This document shows positions 38,794 to 48,613 of a stretch of 64,000 bases of DNA, in pieces. The DNA is from an uncultured Pelagibacteraceae bacterium (lineage in GTDB: Bacteria > Pseudomonadota > Alphaproteobacteria > Pelagibacterales > Pelagibacteraceae). Position numbers and translations under genes: made by a program. The stretch lies in contig CAJXBA010000003.1 in the NCBI GenBank assembly GCA_913050185.1, positions 1,081 to 65,080 on the forward strand. The letters run 5' to 3'. The notes beneath the pieces were generated by a model. That model made no database searches. It was not told the DNA's origin and saw only the letters and a list, made by a program, of their open reading frames with translations. How positions within the stretch are numbered: the first letter of the stretch is position 1; every line of letters begins with the position of its first letter.

Positions 38794-39473
38794 TAAATCT
38801 TTCCAAAATTTCTTTTTATTTTGTTAAACTTCATTATAATCTTATCAAAATCATTTTTATTAAAATCTGGCCATAATTTATCTACAAAAAATATTTCCGT
38901 ATAAGCTAATTGCCACAATAAAAAATTACTTAATCTCTTCGTTCCACCAGTTCTTATTAATATTTCAGGATCAGGTATATTTTTTGTATATAACTCGCCT
39001 TCGAAACTATTTAAGTCTATTTTCTTATTTTTTTTATTAACAAGATTCCTACATGCGTTAATAATTTCCTGTTTTGATCCGTAATTTAATGCAAGATTTA
39101 TTACGATCACGTTATTATTTTTGGTTTTTTTTTCAATTAATTTTAAGGACCCAATAATATCTCTGGGAAGATTTTTCTTACTACCAATAATTTTTATTTT
39201 AATTCCTTGTTTAATAATTTTTTTTAGATTTTTTTTAATATGTTTTCTAATTAAGCAAAAAAGAAAATTAATTTCGTTATCTGGTCTTTTCCAATTTTCA
39301 GTTGAAAATGTATAAAGCGTTAAATAAGGAATTTTTCTCTTAATAGCCAATTTGATTAGATTTTCTACTGCGTTAAGACCCTTTAGATGACCATAATTTC
39401 TAGATCTTTTTTTTTTTAAACCCCATCGCCCATTACCGTCCATGATTATAGCGACATGATTTAAATTATTCAT
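38793..39473 (-). CDS. uppS: Undecaprenyl diphosphate synthase
   Basis: 226 aa. HVAIIMDGNGRW, FSTENWKRP, RTGG..RLSNFLLWQ. Confidence 0.93.
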   Translation of the reverse strand: MNNLNHVAIIMDGNGRWGLKKKRSRNYGHLKGLNAVENLIKLAIKRKIPYLTLYTFSTENWKRPDNEINFLFCLIRKHIKKNLKKIIKQGIKIKIIGSKKNLPRDIIGSLKLIEKKTKNNNVIVINLALNYGSKQEIINACRNLVNKKNKKIDLNSFEGELYTKNIPDPEILIRTGGTKRLSNFLLWQLAYTEIFFVDKLWPDFNKNDFDKIIMKFNKIKRNFGKI

Positions 39474-40030
39474 ATTATCATTATTTCTTTTTCTTTTTCT
39501 GTTAATTTTTTTTCTAACTCTGCCGTTTGTTCATCAGTTACATTTTGAATTTTTTTTTCATAACTTTTTAATTCATCCTCTCCAATTTTTTTATCCTTAA
39601 GATCTCTCTTTAAATTATCATTAGCTTCACGCCTTATATTTCTTATAGATATTTTAGCTTTTTCAGCTAATCCTCCCATAATTTTTTTTAGTTCAACTCT
39701 TCTTTCTTCCGTTAAACTTGGAACTGGAATTCTCATAAGTTGACCATCTATTTGAGGATTAATACCCAGATTAGATTTTTTGATCGCTGCATCAATTAAT
39801 GAAACATTGTTTTGATCCCAAACTTGTAACGTTAAAAGTCTAGGTTCAGGAGTTGATATGTTTGCCAATTGATTAACAGGCATGCTTTGTCCATAAACAT
39901 CAACTTTGATTATATCCAACATATTAACGTTAGCCCGACCAGTTCTTAACGAGGATAGATCTTGACTGAAAACATCAAATGCTTTCTTCATCTTAGAAGT
40001 ACAATTTTTTAATATATCTTCCGATGTCAC
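39470..40030 (-). CDS. frr: Ribosome recycling factor
   Basis: 186 aa. LSSLRTGRANVNMLD and PVPSLTEERR motifs. Confidence 0.95.
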   Translation of the reverse strand: MTSEDILKNCTSKMKKAFDVFSQDLSSLRTGRANVNMLDIIKVDVYGQSMPVNQLANISTPEPRLLTLQVWDQNNVSLIDAAIKKSNLGINPQIDGQLMRIPVPSLTEERRVELKKIMGGLAEKAKISIRNIRREANDNLKRDLKDKKIGEDELKSYEKKIQNVTDEQTAELEKKLTEKEKEIMII

Positions 40031-40035
40031 GATAT

Positions 40036-40905
40036 TTAAATTCCTTCGCCTACTTTAAATCTTATAAATTTTTTTATTTCAATTTTATCCTTACCAGCAA
40101 CCGCTTTTATGATATCTTTCACTCTTTTTTTTGGTTCCAATATCCACTCTTGGTTTAACAAAGTATTTTCCGAAATAAATTTATTTAATCTTCCTAATGT
40201 TATCTTTTCTACGATTTTAATATCCTTGCCGCTATTTTTCAATTCTTCTATGATTATTTCTTTTTCTTTTTTTAATATTTTTTGATCTAAGTCATCCTTA
40301 TCTATTGCTAATGGAGACAGAGCAGCTACTTGCATTGCCAGCTGCTTACCTAAATCTTTTATCATATCTTTTGGTTTTGTTGTTTCTAAGCTTAGTAATA
40401 CTCCTAATTTTCCAACGTTTTGTCTTAGAGACGAATGCATATATGAAAAATTTATAAATTTGTCTTTTCCAATAAACGCACTTCTCCTTAAAGTAATTTT
40501 TTCTCCAATTTTGGATATTAGATCAATCAAATTATCTTGTACTTTTTTTTTATTTGCCATTGTTGTTTGAAGAATACCTTCCATTTTACCAGATTTAATC
40601 AATGCTAACTTAGATACCTCTTCAGCAAAATTAATAAATTCAATATTTTTTGCAACGAAGTCCGTTTCACTATTAATTTCTACCATCGAAAATTTGTTAT
40701 CTTGTTCATGAATACAAACTAAGCCTTCGGCTGCTATCTTTTCCATTCTTTTGCCGGCTTTTGCTATGCCTTTTTTTCTCAATAATTCAATTGATTTTTC
40801 GATATCTCCTTTCGTTTCATCTATTGCATTCTTACAATCTTTAAATCCTACTCCAGTAATTTCTCTTAATTGCTTGACTTTTTTTAATAAATCGTCTGAA
40901 GACAT
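40036..40905 (-). CDS. tsf: Elongation factor Ts
   Basis: 289 aa. VKQLREITGVGFKDCKNAL-like N-terminal UBA domain and a CETDFVA-like segment (NSETDFVAKN). Confidence 0.95.
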   Translation of the reverse strand: MSSDDLLKKVKQLREITGVGFKDCKNAIDETKGDIEKSIELLRKKGIAKAGKRMEKIAAEGLVCIHEQDNKFSMVEINSETDFVAKNIEFINFAEEVSKLALIKSGKMEGILQTTMANKKKVQDNLIDLISKIGEKITLRRSAFIGKDKFINFSYMHSSLRQNVGKLGVLLSLETTKPKDMIKDLGKQLAMQVAALSPLAIDKDDLDQKILKKEKEIIIEELKNSGKDIKIVEKITLGRLNKFISENTLLNQEWILEPKKRVKDIIKAVAGKDKIEIKKFIRFKVGEGI

Positions 40906-40918
40906 GAAATTATATATT

Positions 40919-41773
40919 TTATTTTTTTTTAAAAGATACTAGCTTTTTTGCTTTTAAAAAAATAGATTTGGGTTTTTTTTCTATGGTATCTTTTTTTTCT
41001 TCAGTTTTAGGCTTTGGTGCTTTTTGCTCGAGTTTATTTTTTTTTATCTCTTCTTCTGATTTGTGTTCTTTTGGTTCAGTAATTGATTTATTTTTTTGAG
41101 CATCCAGTATTGTCTGTTTTATTAGATCGCAATACAAATTTATCGCTCTTCTAGCATCATCATTTCCGGGTATAGGAAAATTTATTCCCGTAGGATCTGA
41201 ATTGGTATCAACTATTGCTACTATGGGTATGTTTAGTTTAAAAGCCTCTTTTACGGCCAAAGATTCGACATTAGTATCAATTATAATAATCATATCTGGT
41301 ATTTTTTTCATATCCGCAATGCCGCCCAATGATCTTTCCAATCTATCTCTTTGTACTCCCATTTTTAAAATTTCTTTTTTTGTAAAGCCAGTATTTTCTT
41401 TTTTTAAATCCTCCGAAAGTTTTTTGTAACGTTTTATTGAATTGGATATTGTATTCCAATTAGTAAGCATCCCGCCAAGCCATCTATAATTAACATAAAA
41501 TTGGGATGTTTCTTTGGCTAAAGTTGTTATACTTTCTGCTGCTTGTTTTTTTGTTGATACAATTAATATCCTTCCGTCAGCCGTAACGCATTCATGTATT
41601 TCTTGTAGCGCTGAATCTATCATTTCTAAAGTTTGCACAAGATCAATAATGTGGATAGAGTTTTTTGATGTAAAAATAAACTTATCCATTTTAGGATTCC
41701 ATCTATAGGTTTTGTGCCCTAAATGAACTCCTGCCTCTAATAATTGCTTTATCGTTACACTTGGTAATTTCAT
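40919..41773 (-). CDS. rpsB: 30S ribosomal protein S2, with a Lys-rich C-terminal tail
   Basis: The conserved N-terminus MKLPSVTIKQLLEAGVHLGH starts at ATG 41773. The 21-codon extension in the ORF track translates the leader region. Confidence 0.95.
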   Translation of the reverse strand: MKLPSVTIKQLLEAGVHLGHKTYRWNPKMDKFIFTSKNSIHIIDLVQTLEMIDSALQEIHECVTADGRILIVSTKKQAAESITTLAKETSQFYVNYRWLGGMLTNWNTISNSIKRYKKLSEDLKKENTGFTKKEILKMGVQRDRLERSLGGIADMKKIPDMIIIIDTNVESLAVKEAFKLNIPIVAIVDTNSDPTGINFPIPGNDDARRAINLYCDLIKQTILDAQKNKSITEPKEHKSEEEIKKNKLEQKAPKPKTEEKKDTIEKKPKSIFLKAKKLVSFKKK

Positions 41774-41860
41774 GTTTTCCCGGTTATTCCACCACAATTT
41801 TTTCCACTTAAGGACCGGAGGTTTCTCAACCAACAACTGTGTGCGTATTTAAGTTTGATG
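41774..41860 (-). promoter_or_regulatory. Candidate structured 5' leader of rpsB (S2 autoregulatory-type element)
   Basis: One of only two gaps over 20 nt in a 34 kb gene run, and visibly more GC-rich than its flanks. Complementary segments are UCCGGU (41819-41814) and ACCGGG (41784-41779). An alternative pairing joins UUGGUUG to the UAACCGG region. A weak promoter lies upstream: TTGAAT at 41888-41883, 17 nt spacer, TAAAAC at 41865-41860. Confidence 0.45.
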
Positions 41861-41895
41861 TTTTACTATTTTAACAGTTTAAATTCAATATATAA

Positions 41896-44800
41896 TTAGA
41901 CTGTTATTTTCTTAATGTAGTCTTCTTTATTTAAGGATTTTAACGTCTCATAGTCAAATTTTCTCTTATTTTTCAATTCAAATAAATACTTTTTATTTGC
42001 AATGTTTATAAAAATTTTTATTTTGGAATTACCTCTTTCTTTAATAGTTTGATAAAGTTTATCTAAACTTTTGGTAGTTTTTATTTCTATATGAACGTTG
42101 TTATAGTTTGTTTTTGTAATTTCTTCTAAACTGACAATTTTGCGAACATTTATTCTTCTAAATCTATTTTCTTGATTCTCTTTATCCTTTATAACAGTTA
42201 ATAAAAAAGATTTTCCTTCAATTAATTTTTTTCTATTTGTTTCTAAAATTTCAGAAAAAAGAAACAACTCAAATACTTTACTTAAATCACTAAATTTAAT
42301 AATTGCAAAAGATGTTCCTTTGGATGTTTTTTTTTCTTTTGTAGACATAATTGAGCCAACAATAAATGCCTCATTAACATTTTTATCTTCCTCAAAATCT
42401 TTGAACGTTTTAACTTTATATTGTTCTAAAATATCCTTGTAAGTATTTAAAGGATGGCCTGATATATAAAATCCAAGTGACTCAAATTCTTTTGACAAAA
42501 TCTCTTCATTTGACCAATTAGATGAATTTTTTTCTTTTATTAAATATGAAACTTTTTGACTTTCGTCAGAAAATAAACTGGATTGATTTTGAACTTTGTT
42601 TTCAAAAATCGTCTTAGAGTTCTGGATTATATTTGGTATATTTTCAAAAAGAATCTTTCTATTATTAAAAATTGAATCAAATGAACCAGATTTTACTAAC
42701 CCTTCCATTTGAAGTTTGTTTATATTCTTTGGATTTACTCGATTTATAAAATCACTTATATTGTTAAATTTTCCATTTTTCTTTCTTTCTTGAACTACTT
42801 GTGAAATAGCTTCAAAACCAACATTTTTTATTGCTCCTAAAGCATAATATAATATATTTCCAGACGGTATAAATTCTGCAGAACATTCATTTATACAAGG
42901 ACGCTGCACTTTTATTTTCATTCTTTTTAATTCTTCGAAAAATTCACTTAATTTATCGGTATTAGATAACTCATTTGACATTGAAGCTGCGATAAATTCA
43001 TTCGGATAATAAGTTTTTAAATATGCTGTTTGGTATGCAATCATGGCATAAGCAGTAGCATGGCTTTTGTTAAAACCGTATTCAGCAAATGGTTCAATTT
43101 TTCTAAAAATAAAAATTGCAGTATCCTTGGTTATTCCATTTTTAACTGCTCCATTAACGAACCTCTCCTTTTGTTTTTCTAATTCGGCTCTTTTCTTTTT
43201 TCCCATGGCGCGTCTTAATATATCTGCTTCACCAGCCGAAAATCCTGAAAGCATTTGTGCTATTTGCATAACTTGTTCTTGATAAATTATTACACCATAT
43301 GTTGGTTCTAAAATTTTTTTAATTTTTGGATGCAAATAATCAGGTTCTTTCTCACCGTGTTTGCACTGATTATATATTGATATATTTGCCATAGGACCAG
43401 GTCTATATAAAGCTACTAAAGCTATAATATCTTCAAATTTATTTGGCTTCATATTTACTAAAGCATCTCTCATTCCGGAACTTTCTAATTGAAACAAACC
43501 AACCGTATGGCCAGAACTTAATAATTCAAAAATTTTAGGGTCATCAAGTTTAATTTTACTTACATCTAAATTTATCTTTTTTTCTTTAAGTAAAGATATT
43601 GCTTTATTTATTATCGTTAAAGTTTTTAAACCAAGCAAATCAAACTTTACTAGACCGGCCTTTTCAGACGCGTACATATCAAATTGAGTTGAAGGCAAAA
43701 GTGAGTTAGATCCAGAGTCTTTATACAAAGGAACAAATTCAGCTAAGTTTTCTTCAGGAATAACAACTCCTGCCGCATGAGTTGCCATATTTCTATTTAA
43801 ACCTTCTAATTTTTTTGAAATTTCAACAAGTTTTTTTACTCTAGGATCTTTTTGCTCTTCATTTCTTATTCTAGGTTCTTGTGCTATAGCTTTTTCTAAA
43901 GAAAGAGGACGAGAAGGATCAAAAGGAATCATTTTGCACAAAGTATCTACATATCCATACGGCAAACCCAAAACTCTCCCAATATCTCTAAAAGCCATTC
44001 TAGCTTTTAATTTTCCAAAAGTAATAATGTGAGCGACGCCTTTTCCATATTTTTGTTTTAAATATTCAAAAACTCTATCTCTTTTTTCTTCACAAAAATC
44101 TATATCAAAGTCTGGCATTGAAATTCTATCTGGGTTTAAAAATCTTTCAAAAATTAAATCAAATTTAATAGGATCAATATCAGTTATGGAAAGAGCCCAA
44201 GCAACTAGAGAACCAGCGCCAGATCCTCTGCCGGGACCTACAGGAATATCATTTTTTTTTGCCCATTTAATGTAATCTGAAACTATAAGAAAATAACTTG
44301 AATATTTCATTTTAGAAATGATTCCAATTTCATGATTAAGTCTTTCGTTATAAAATTTATCTATTTCTTTTTTATTATCTTGTCCAGAGTTCTGCCTTAT
44401 ACGTTTAATCTTGTTGTCCTGATCTGCGTATGGAAAAACATATTTATGTAATTTATCATTTAGCCCTTTTATTGATTCTTGATATAACAAATCATCTACA
44501 TTTTTTGTTTTATTAGTTTGTATATTGGGCAAAATAGGTGATGAATTTTTGGGCCTATAAGAAACTCTAAAAGGGAAATTTATGTTGTTTTCTATTGCAT
44601 CAGGAAGATCTTGGAAAAGTTTAAACATTTCTTCAGAGTTCTTTAAGTAATGCTCTTCAGAATATTTCCTTCTATCTTTTACATTTACATATGTTTTTTC
44701 CCCTATGCAGAGATATGCATCATGAGCTTCGTGCATATCTTTATCTAAATAAAAAACTTCTTGAGTAGCTATTATGGGAAATCCCAATTTGTTAGAAACG

Positions 44801-45360
44801 TTTAGTATAAATTTTTCAAACAATTTTTCACCATCATCATTATGTCTCTGTATCTCAACATAATAGTTGTCATTAAAAATTTTACTTATTTTTTTTAGGA
44901 AAGACAAAATTTCATCTGTAAGATTTTTAAAAAATAGTTTTCCTATTAAACCATCAAAAGATCCAGTCAATAAAATTAGTCCTTTATAATTTTTCTCTAT
45001 ATCATCAAACTTACAATGTGGTTCTTCATTTTCTTTTATGTCTAGAAAAGATTTTGAAGAAAGTTTAATAAGGTTTTTATAACCTTCTGGATCTTTTGCA
45101 AATATTGGGATTTTCCCAATATGACCTTTATAATCAATATTAATTTGCGTACCAATAATTGGTTGTGTTTTGTATTTTGATAAAGATTCTGAAAAATCTA
45201 ATGCACCGCATAAATTATTTGAATCACATAAACCAGCAGCACGTATCTTATTTGTTTTACAATACTCAGCCAGATCTGATATTTTTAATGCACCTTCACA
45301 AATTGAATATTGGGTATGAATTTTTAGATGAGTAAATTGCTTGCTGTTAACTTCATTCAT
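41896..45360 (-). CDS. dnaE: DNA polymerase III alpha subunit
   Basis: 1154 aa. N-terminal PHP domain (FTHLKIHTQYS), a polymerase core (PDFDIDF), and a C-terminal OB fold. Confidence 0.97.
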   Translation of the reverse strand: MNEVNSKQFTHLKIHTQYSICEGALKISDLAEYCKTNKIRAAGLCDSNNLCGALDFSESLSKYKTQPIIGTQINIDYKGHIGKIPIFAKDPEGYKNLIKLSSKSFLDIKENEEPHCKFDDIEKNYKGLILLTGSFDGLIGKLFFKNLTDEILSFLKKISKIFNDNYYVEIQRHNDDGEKLFEKFILNVSNKLGFPIIATQEVFYLDKDMHEAHDAYLCIGEKTYVNVKDRRKYSEEHYLKNSEEMFKLFQDLPDAIENNINFPFRVSYRPKNSSPILPNIQTNKTKNVDDLLYQESIKGLNDKLHKYVFPYADQDNKIKRIRQNSGQDNKKEIDKFYNERLNHEIGIISKMKYSSYFLIVSDYIKWAKKNDIPVGPGRGSGAGSLVAWALSITDIDPIKFDLIFERFLNPDRISMPDFDIDFCEEKRDRVFEYLKQKYGKGVAHIITFGKLKARMAFRDIGRVLGLPYGYVDTLCKMIPFDPSRPLSLEKAIAQEPRIRNEEQKDPRVKKLVEISKKLEGLNRNMATHAAGVVIPEENLAEFVPLYKDSGSNSLLPSTQFDMYASEKAGLVKFDLLGLKTLTIINKAISLLKEKKINLDVSKIKLDDPKIFELLSSGHTVGLFQLESSGMRDALVNMKPNKFEDIIALVALYRPGPMANISIYNQCKHGEKEPDYLHPKIKKILEPTYGVIIYQEQVMQIAQMLSGFSAGEADILRRAMGKKKRAELEKQKERFVNGAVKNGITKDTAIFIFRKIEPFAEYGFNKSHATAYAMIAYQTAYLKTYYPNEFIAASMSNELSNTDKLSEFFEELKRMKIKVQRPCINECSAEFIPSGNILYYALGAIKNVGFEAISQVVQERKKNGKFNNISDFINRVNPKNINKLQMEGLVKSGSFDSIFNNRKILFENIPNIIQNSKTIFENKVQNQSSLFSDESQKVSYLIKEKNSSNWSNEEILSKEFESLGFYISGHPLNTYKDILEQYKVKTFKDFEEDKNVNEAFIVGSIMSTKEKKTSKGTSFAIIKFSDLSKVFELFLFSEILETNRKKLIEGKSFLLTVIKDKENQENRFRRINVRKIVSLEEITKTNYNNVHIEIKTTKSLDKLYQTIKERGNSKIKIFINIANKKYLFELKNKRKFDYETLKSLNKEDYIKKITV

Positions 45361-46036
45361 TTTTCCTAGTTATATTACCATCTAAAATATTTAACTTATA
45401 GTCTGCCCTGTTCGCCAATTCTCTATTATGAGTTGCATAAAGTATTGCTCTATTTTTAGATTTAAATTTTGATAATAAAGAAAATATTTGATTAGAGGTT
45501 TTTCTATCCAAACTTCCAGTAGGCTCATCAGCTAAAATTAAATCTGGTTCGGTAATTATTGCTCGAGCAACAGCAACTCTTTGTTGTTCGCCTCCAGATA
45601 ACTCTGTTGAAAAATGGTGAAGTCTTCTAGATAAATCGACTAAAGATAAAAATTTACTAGCTTTTTTGACTGCGCTTTTCCAATTATATCCATTTGCAAG
45701 CAAAGGAATTGTAACATTTTCTAAGGCAGTAAAGTCACTGAGCAAGTTATTTTGTTGATAAATTATTGAAATATTTTGTCTTCTTATCAAATCTTTCTCA
45801 TCATCTGTTGATTTTGAAAAACTTTTTTTTTTAAAAAAAACTTCGCCTGAAGTAGGCTGATCAAGTAGCGCAATAAGATGCAACAAAGTGGATTTACCAG
45901 ACCCAGAAGGCCCCGTTAAAGAAACTAATTCTCCACTATTTATTTTCAAATTAACATTTTTAAGAATAATAATATCTTTATAGGTTCCAAAAAATTTTTT
46001 AGATATTTTTGTTAATTTAATTATTTCTTTACTCAT
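45353..46036 (-). CDS. lolD: Lipoprotein-releasing system ATP-binding protein
   Basis: 227 aa. [25 protein letters not shown]. It lies immediately downstream of the LolC/E-type permease. Confidence 0.88.
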   Translation of the reverse strand: MSKEIIKLTKISKKFFGTYKDIIILKNVNLKINSGELVSLTGPSGSGKSTLLHLIALLDQPTSGEVFFKKKSFSKSTDDEKDLIRRQNISIIYQQNNLLSDFTALENVTIPLLANGYNWKSAVKKASKFLSLVDLSRRLHHFSTELSGGEQQRVAVARAIITEPDLILADEPTGSLDRKTSNQIFSLLSKFKSKNRAILYATHNRELANRADYKLNILDGNITRKNE

Positions 46037-47264
46037 ATTTTAGGGCCTTAATTGGATCTAATTTAGCTGCTGATAAGGATGGAAAAATTGTAGCTAGAAA
46101 AGTGATTAACAGTGAAAAAAACGAAATAATGAATATATAACCTAAATTTATTTCTGAAGGCATTTGGCTCAAAAAATAAACTTCCTCCGGAAATAATCGA
46201 ATATTAAAAAGTGAGCTAAGCAAAACTCTTATGTTTTCAATATAATGAGAGAATAGTATACCCATAATCACTCCAGTAATTGTCGCAAGAAAACCTATGG
46301 TAAATCCTGTAAGAAAAAAAATCTTCGTAATAGAAGTTTTGCTAATACCCAAAGTTCTAAGTATTGCAATTTCCTTAGTTTTGTTTTTAACTAAAATTGT
46401 TAATCCCGAAATAATATTAAATGCAGCAACAATTATTATCAAAGTTAAAATAATGAACATAACGTTTCTTTCAACTTTCAGTGCTCCAAAAAAAGATTTA
46501 TTTAAATCCGCCCAAGAGTAAACATAATATTCGCTAAATAAATTTTGGATAATTTTTTTAATTGGTTGGACATTATCAGGTTTGTTTAAGAATATTTCTA
46601 AGTCAACATCTGTATCTGACAAATCAAATAAAGAAGTTGCATCTTCGAAGGGTATAAAGACGACATTTTGATCAAATTCAGCAAGTCCAGTACTAAAAAC
46701 AGAAGAAATTGTAAATTTATCTTGAATGGGCATACCTCCAAATGGAGTTTGAAGTTTAGACGTTGACATTAAAGTAATTTCATCACCTACAATCAAACCT
46801 AGAGATAAAGCCAATTCTTTGCCTATAGAAATCGTGTTCTTATCAAATGACTCGAGAGAACCATCTATAATACCTTTTGTTATTAGTTTGTTATTGTGGA
46901 TATCGTTTTTAAGATATGAACGTACCAATATACCAATTGTATTTTCTTTGTTAATTATAATCCCCTGCCCGCTGAAAGCGAAGGATGTTTTTAATATACT
47001 AGCTTTTAGTTTATTAAGTTTATTGAGATCTTCTTCACTAATCTTCTTATCATAGGGTTTTACTACAATATGAGGATTAAAACCTAAAATTTTGTTCATT
47101 AACTCGGTTCTGAATCCATTCATAACAGACATAACTATAATTAAAATAGCAACTCCAAGAGCTATGCCAGTAAAAGAAAAAATGGAAATTATTTTTAAAA
47201 AACCTTCTTTTTTTTTAGGTTTTAAATATCTAAAAGCTATAGTCAGTTCAATTTTTGAAATCAA
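46029..47264 (-). CDS. lolC: Lipoprotein-releasing system permease, LolC/LolE family
   Basis: 411 aa with MacB/FtsX topology. N-terminus AFRYLKPKKKEGF, a large periplasmic loop and a C-terminal FtsX domain. Confidence 0.85.
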   Translation of the reverse strand: MISKIELTIAFRYLKPKKKEGFLKIISIFSFTGIALGVAILIIVMSVMNGFRTELMNKILGFNPHIVVKPYDKKISEEDLNKLNKLKASILKTSFAFSGQGIIINKENTIGILVRSYLKNDIHNNKLITKGIIDGSLESFDKNTISIGKELALSLGLIVGDEITLMSTSKLQTPFGGMPIQDKFTISSVFSTGLAEFDQNVVFIPFEDATSLFDLSDTDVDLEIFLNKPDNVQPIKKIIQNLFSEYYVYSWADLNKSFFGALKVERNVMFIILTLIIIVAAFNIISGLTILVKNKTKEIAILRTLGISKTSITKIFFLTGFTIGFLATITGVIMGILFSHYIENIRVLLSSLFNIRLFPEEVYFLSQMPSEINLGYIFIISFFSLLITFLATIFPSLSAAKLDPIKALKYE

Positions 47265-48589
47265 TTTAAATTTCTTTTGTTAACCAATTTTTTCTTAATT
47301 TCTTCTAGTGACATCGTTTCTGTTTTTCCAGTGACTTCTTTGAATTCTAATTTATCACCGATATCTTTGAAGCCCAAAATTATTTGATATGGAATACCAA
47401 TAAGATCAAATTTTTTAAATTTTGCTGATAGATGTTCGTCAGTATCATCAAACAAAACATCTATGTTATTTTTTTTTAAAAATTTATATATTGTTTCAGC
47501 TTTTGCATAAATTGACTTGTCGTTTTTTTGTAAACTTGGAATTATTGCTACTTCAAATGGGGCTACTGATTCCGGCCATCTCATGACGTTATCGGTAAAC
47601 TTGGCCTCAATGATCGCTCCTACTAGTCTTGAAACGCCTATTCCGTAAGATCCCATCTTAACATTCACTTTTCTTCCATCTTTTAAATCAACTTTACATT
47701 TTAAGGGTTTTGAATATTTGTCACCGAAATAAAAAATATGCCCAACTTCTATTCCTTTTGTTACAAGCTGATGTTTTTTTTCTACTTTTGTTTCAAAATC
47801 TTCTTTTCTAAATTTATCGTCAGTAACTGCGTAAAATGAATCGTATTTTTTTCGCAGTTCTTTAATCGAATTATCTTCGCTGCTATGTTTGCTAATGTCT
47901 AAATCAAAAATTCTTTTATCAGAATAAATTCTACTTTCGCCAGTTTCAGCCAAAATCACAAATTCATGTGAAAGATCTCCTCCGATAGGTCCTGTATCAG
48001 CTGCCATCGGTATTGCCGTAAGTCCTAATCTTTTAAAAGTCTGTAAATACGCAAAAAACATTTTGTTATAGGATATGGTAGCTTCAGTATCGCTCAAATC
48101 AAAAGAATAAGCATCTTTCATAAGAAATTCTTTACATCTCATAACACCAAACCTTGGTCTTAATTCGTCACGAAACTTCCACTGAATATGATAAAGAAGC
48201 TGAGGTAATGATTTGTAGGATTTTACACTAGCTCTAAAAATTTCAGTTATTAGTTCTTCGTTAGTAGGACCATATAGCATCTCTTTACCTTGGCGATCCT
48301 TTATTCTTAACATTTCTTCACCATAATCTTCATATCTTCCACTTTCTTTCCATATCTCAGCGGACTGTATAGTTGGCATTAACAACTCTTGAGCACCAAT
48401 CTTATTTTGTTCCTCTCTTACAATCTGTTCTATTTTTTTCATAATTTTATATCCTAAAGGTAACCACGAGTAGATACCCGTTGAAGATTGTCTGATCATT
48501 CCAGATCGTAGCATAAGCTGATGAGACTTAATTTTCGCTTCCGAAGGTATTTCCTTAAGTAATGGAACAAATAACTTAGATAAATACAT
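47261..48589 (-). CDS. proS: Prolyl-tRNA synthetase (short alphaproteobacterial type lacking the large INS editing domain)
   Basis: 442 aa with class II motifs (FRDELRPRFGVMRCKEF, GSYGIGVSR). The length matches the short form. Confidence 0.93.
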   Translation of the reverse strand: MYLSKLFVPLLKEIPSEAKIKSHQLMLRSGMIRQSSTGIYSWLPLGYKIMKKIEQIVREEQNKIGAQELLMPTIQSAEIWKESGRYEDYGEEMLRIKDRQGKEMLYGPTNEELITEIFRASVKSYKSLPQLLYHIQWKFRDELRPRFGVMRCKEFLMKDAYSFDLSDTEATISYNKMFFAYLQTFKRLGLTAIPMAADTGPIGGDLSHEFVILAETGESRIYSDKRIFDLDISKHSSEDNSIKELRKKYDSFYAVTDDKFRKEDFETKVEKKHQLVTKGIEVGHIFYFGDKYSKPLKCKVDLKDGRKVNVKMGSYGIGVSRLVGAIIEAKFTDNVMRWPESVAPFEVAIIPSLQKNDKSIYAKAETIYKFLKKNNIDVLFDDTDEHLSAKFKKFDLIGIPYQIILGFKDIGDKLEFKEVTGKTETMSLEEIKKKLVNKRNLN

Positions 48590-48613
48590 ATAAGATAAAT
48601 ATACTCCTAATTG

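Noticed and set aside
41774-41836. 21-codon N-terminal extension of the rpsB ORF (MLVEKPPVLKWKKLWWNNREN).
   Set aside because: The conserved S2 N-terminus begins at Met 41773. The upstream open frame is better explained as an untranslated, structured leader.
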